From positions 480,001 to 544,000 of the forward strand of contig CAVSHR010000002.1 in assembly GCA_963727625.1 (NCBI GenBank): a DNA stretch of 64,000 nucleotides. Direction: 5' to 3'. The translations under genes and the position numbers were made by a program. This DNA comes from an uncultured delta proteobacterium (GTDB lineage: Bacteria > Desulfobacterota > Binatia > UBA9968). Positions 60,419 through 64,000 of this stretch are shown one piece after another; position 1 is the first letter of the stretch; each line of letters begins with the position of its first letter. A model generated the notes under the pieces. That model searched no databases and was not told the DNA's origin. It worked only from the letters and a program-made list of their open reading frames with translations.

Positions 60419-60946
60419 TCAACCGATGACTTTGTAATCGCCGCCCATGTAGCTTTTGCAGAGATTCATATAGGTCGACGAACCCATCTTGATCCAGTGC
60501 AAAGCCTCGCCGGCCAATTCTTTCTTCACTTTCGCCGGCGCGCCGGCGGCGAGGACTCTGGGAGGGATTATCGTATGCGGGACGACCACGCTGCCCGCGG
60601 CGATCAGCGCCTCTTCGCCGATTTCTACATTCTCTAGGAGCGTCACGTTCATGCCGATGATCGCGCCGCGCTTGATCAGCGGCCCTTCCATGATCGCGCC
60701 GTGGCCAATGGTGCAATCATCCTCGATGATCGTCGGCGCCTCGCCGGAATGGAGCACGCAGTTGTCCTGGATACTGGTGCGCGCGCCGACGACGATGGGA
60801 TTGGCATTTTGATCAGACCTGAGCACCGCGCCCCACCAGATGCTCGCCTCGTCGCCGACAGTGACATCGCCGATAATCACCGCGGTCGGCGCGATAAACG
60901 CCGTCGGCGCAATGTTCGGCTTCTTGCCTCGGTATTCAATGATCAT
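60419..60946 (-). CDS. Gamma carbonic anhydrase family hexapeptide-repeat protein
   Basis: FIAPTA.IIGDV.VG..ASIW, IQDNCVLH, TIGH. Confidence 0.9.
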   Translation of the reverse strand: MIIEYRGKKPNIAPTAFIAPTAVIIGDVTVGDEASIWWGAVLRSDQNANPIVVGARTSIQDNCVLHSGEAPTIIEDDCTIGHGAIMEGPLIKRGAIIGMNVTLLENVEIGEEALIAAGSVVVPHTIIPPRVLAAGAPAKVKKELAGEALHWIKMGSSTYMNLCKSYMGGDYKVIG

Positions 60947-61147
60947 TCGGAATCGTCCTCCGTCGAATATCAGTCACGATATGGGACGGTCGTGCGGAAA
61001 TCAAGTTTGGTGTCCTTGGGCAATCTGTTCCTTTCATACACAGATCGCCTACTAGGGGACTGAATCTTCGCGGCGTTCGTTGGAGCGAGGGTGGAGCCCG
61101 CTCGAATCCACGCGAAAGTTCGAAGAGAAATGGCGGACGGTGAGAGT

Positions 61148-64000
61148 CTAAGGGTTTTTCAGCAGCGAAGTACTGTTTTTATTCAAGCGCTGATTCACTT
61201 CCTGGTCCGAAAGCGACTCAAGCTCGGCCAAGAGAACCGTCATGTCCCCGCCAGCGGCTTTATGGGAGTGCGCCCGTTCGATCTCCGCGGCCAACTCGGC
61301 CACCGTCGGTGATTCAAACAACGCCCGCAAAGGTAAGTCGCACGACAGCCGAGTCCGGATACGCGAAACGACCTGTGTAGCGATAAGCGAATGACCGCCC
61401 AGTTGAAAGAAGTTGTCGTGGATGCCGATTTTGTCGAGCTTGAGGACTTCGGCCCAGATATTTGCCAGCAGTTCCTCCACCGGCGTGCGCGGAGCGGTAT
61501 AGGAGTGCTCCAGTTCGGGTCTGCTTTGATCCGGAGCCGGCAGGGCCTTGCGGTCCACCTTGCCGTTGGGGGTGAGAGGCAGTGAATCCAAGAAAAGAAA
61601 CGCCGACGGCACCATGTACTCGGGGAGCTTCTGTTGCAGAAAGCCGCGTAGTTCACTGACCGAAGGGATGGAGCCGGAAGCTCCGACTAGATAGGCCACC
61701 AGCCGCTTGTCACCGGGGCTATCTTCTCGGGCCAGCACAACAGCTTCTCGAACTATTGGATGCTGTCCCAGGACAGTCTCGATTTCCCCCAACTCAATCC
61801 GATACCCCCGGATCTTGACCTGGTTGTCGATGCGGCCTAAAAACTCAATGTTACCGTCGGGTAAGTAGCGGCCCAGGTCGCCGGTCTTGTACAAGCGGCT
61901 TTGTGGCTCGGCGCCGAATGGATTCGGAATGAATTTCTCTGCGGTTAATTCCGGACGGTTTAAATAACCTCGGGCTAAACCCGCTCCGCCTACATGCAAC
62001 TCTCCTGCGACTCCGATCGGTACGGGATTCAAATGCGAATCAAGGATGTAAATCTCGGTGTTCGCTATCGGCTTGCCGATGGGAACAGTTGTGGAATTGC
62101 TATACTTTCTGCACTCCCAAGCAGTGACATCAATCGATGCTTCGGTAGGGCCATAGAGATTGTGCAGCGCTGCCGTGCTGCGTTCAAAGAAACGTTGTTC
62201 CAGATCATGGGATAAAGCCTCGCCGCTACAGAAGACATGCTTCAAGCTGATACATTCCTCGATACCTGGCGCCTGCAAAAATACCTGGAGCAAAGATGGA
62301 ACGAAGTGAAGCGTCGTAATCTGCTGTGACTTGATGAGATGGACAAGATAAGCGCTATCTCGATGGCCTTCTGGCCGAGCCATGACGAGACAAGCGCCGC
62401 TGATCAACGGCCAGAAAAACTCCCAGACCGATACATCGAACGTGAAAAGCGTCTTCTGCAAGACCCGGTCCGCAGGTGTGAGGCAATACTTTTCCTGCAT
62501 CCACTGCAAACGGTTGAGCAAGCCACCATGAACATTGACCACACCCTTGGGCGTGCCCGTCGAGCCCGAGGTGTAGATCATGTAGGCAGCGTTCCCGGCC
62601 CTCGTCTGAGGGAAGGGGTTCCTGTCACACTGCTGAGTGATCTGATCCCAAGCTGTATCCAGGCACAGTACCTGAGCTCGATGAGCGGGGAGACCCTGGA
62701 GGAGATGTCGTTGAGTTAAAAGTAAGGGCGTTTGGCTATCGTTCAGCATGAACCCCATGCGCTCTTTGGGATAGTTCGGATCGAGGGGAACGTAGGCCCC
62801 GCCGGCTTTGAGAATGCCCAATAGTCCCACGACCATCTCTAGGGATCGCTCCATGCAGATGCCGACCAGCACCTCTGGGCCGACGCCGAGCGTTTGTAAG
62901 TGATGGGCGAGTTGGTTGCCGCGGTGATTCAACTCTCGGTAGGTAAGCTTTTGATCTTCAAAAATAACGGCGACTGCTTCGGGCGTTTTCTCCACCTGTT
63001 TTTCAAACAACTGATGGATGCACTTGTCCTTGGGATAATCGATCGTGGTGTCGTTCCACTCGACCAATAGCTGGTGCTTCTCGGCTTCGGTGAGAATCGG
63101 TAATTCGCTGATCCGCTGATCGGGATTAGACACTATCCCTTCCAGTAAAATCTTAAAATGTCCCACCATCCTTTCGATGGTATCTGCATTGAACAGGCTG
63201 GTATCGTAGTCGCAGTATCCTCTTAGATGCCCGTCTATCTCCTCCATAAAAACATGCAGATCAAACCTGGCAATACCGGTTTCAACTTCCAGTTCTTCCA
63301 CTGTGACACCGGTCAATTGTGGCCGAACCCGAGGCGTATTTCGAAAAACGAAGCTCACCTGAAACAACGGATTGTGGCCTAGATTTCGATCGGGATGCAG
63401 CTCTTCCACAAGCTTCTCAAAAGGCAATTCTTGATGGGTTAAAGCCCCTAAACATACCTCCCGCACTCGACGAATCGCTTCAGCAAAAGTTGGATTGCCG
63501 GATAGGTCGAGGCGCAGCACCAACGTGTTTAAAAAGAAACCGATCAGATCTTCAAACTCTCTGCGGCCTCGTCCGGCAACAGGAGACCCGATCACCACGT
63601 CCGTCTGGCCGCTATAACGATGGAGCAACGTCTGAAACGCCGCCAATATGGTCATAAAGAGAGTCGCCCCGTATTGGCGACTTAACCTATTGAGCTCGGA
63701 AGAGAGTGCATCTGAGAATACGAAGTACCGCCGAGCTCCGCGTGTGGTCTGTAAGGCCTGCTTAGGACGATCAGTTGGTAATTGCAGAGTCGCGATGTTA
63801 TCGAGCTGTTTTTTCCAATAGGACAATTGCGACTCAAACCGCTCGCCCTCAAACCACTGTCTCTGCCACTTGGCATAATCCGCATATTGGGCCGGCAGGT
63901 CGGAAAGCGGCGATCGTTGTCCGGTCGATAGAGCGTCGTAGATTTCAGATAGCTCGCGCAACAGAACTGCCTCGGACCAGCCATCATAAACAATGTGATG
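61148..64000 (-). CDS. NRPS terminal module C-A-T (5'-truncated by the window); A domain predicted to activate Ser
   Basis: Frame open to the window end with HHIVYDG; YTSGSTGTPKG, YGPTE, YKTGD, NGK, GGHSL; specificity residues read DVWHFSLIDK; no TE domain. Confidence 0.92.
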   Translation of the reverse strand, partial: HHIVYDGWSEAVLLRELSEIYDALSTGQRSPLSDLPAQYADYAKWQRQWFEGERFESQLSYWKKQLDNIATLQLPTDRPKQALQTTRGARRYFVFSDALSSELNRLSRQYGATLFMTILAAFQTLLHRYSGQTDVVIGSPVAGRGRREFEDLIGFFLNTLVLRLDLSGNPTFAEAIRRVREVCLGALTHQELPFEKLVEELHPDRNLGHNPLFQVSFVFRNTPRVRPQLTGVTVEELEVETGIARFDLHVFMEEIDGHLRGYCDYDTSLFNADTIERMVGHFKILLEGIVSNPDQRISELPILTEAEKHQLLVEWNDTTIDYPKDKCIHQLFEKQVEKTPEAVAVIFEDQKLTYRELNHRGNQLAHHLQTLGVGPEVLVGICMERSLEMVVGLLGILKAGGAYVPLDPNYPKERMGFMLNDSQTPLLLTQRHLLQGLPAHRAQVLCLDTAWDQITQQCDRNPFPQTRAGNAAYMIYTSGSTGTPKGVVNVHGGLLNRLQWMQEKYCLTPADRVLQKTLFTFDVSVWEFFWPLISGACLVMARPEGHRDSAYLVHLIKSQQITTLHFVPSLLQVFLQAPGIEECISLKHVFCSGEALSHDLEQRFFERSTAALHNLYGPTEASIDVTAWECRKYSNSTTVPIGKPIANTEIYILDSHLNPVPIGVAGELHVGGAGLARGYLNRPELTAEKFIPNPFGAEPQSRLYKTGDLGRYLPDGNIEFLGRIDNQVKIRGYRIELGEIETVLGQHPIVREAVVLAREDSPGDKRLVAYLVGASGSIPSVSELRGFLQQKLPEYMVPSAFLFLDSLPLTPNGKVDRKALPAPDQSRPELEHSYTAPRTPVEELLANIWAEVLKLDKIGIHDNFFQLGGHSLIATQVVSRIRTRLSCDLPLRALFESPTVAELAAEIERAHSHKAAGGDMTVLLAELESLSDQEVNQRLNKNSTSLLKNP

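Overview
GC-rich bacterial chromosome segment. The gene repertoire suggests a Deltaproteobacteria-like organism, possibly Ca. Binatia (inference). Positions 1-14.5 kb are mostly housekeeping and envelope genes: rimI, carD-ispD, larE-cysK, GT9, DUF1844-degP, PBP1B with a TPR lipoprotein, tsaD-rsmA-mutM and an MFS transporter. Next come a doubly disrupted nfeD-SPFH operon, a Flp-pilin-headed Gly/Ser-repeat surface protein, a cytochrome-bd-superfamily/cytochrome c gene pair, an oxalyl-CoA decarboxylase-like/frc/ADP-forming CoA ligase cluster and a tgt-methyltransferase fusion. From about 36 kb the region is a mosaic of catabolic genes with several partial gene duplications. The main finding is a 5,484-bp integrated element (44240-49723) bounded by CAAATC direct repeats. 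It carries RHH, XRE, a tyrosine integrase, a HUH-like Rep and an HD-CE/Hsp90-like ATPase cargo. Circularising it in silico (a) rebuilds a tRNA-Met 3'-end attP inside the integrase gene, (b) swaps the integrase C-terminal tail and (c) places rep behind the element's promoter, which suggests an excision-coupled replication switch. The window ends inside an NRPS C-A-T module predicted to activate Ser. No rRNA, complete tRNA or CRISPR array was seen.
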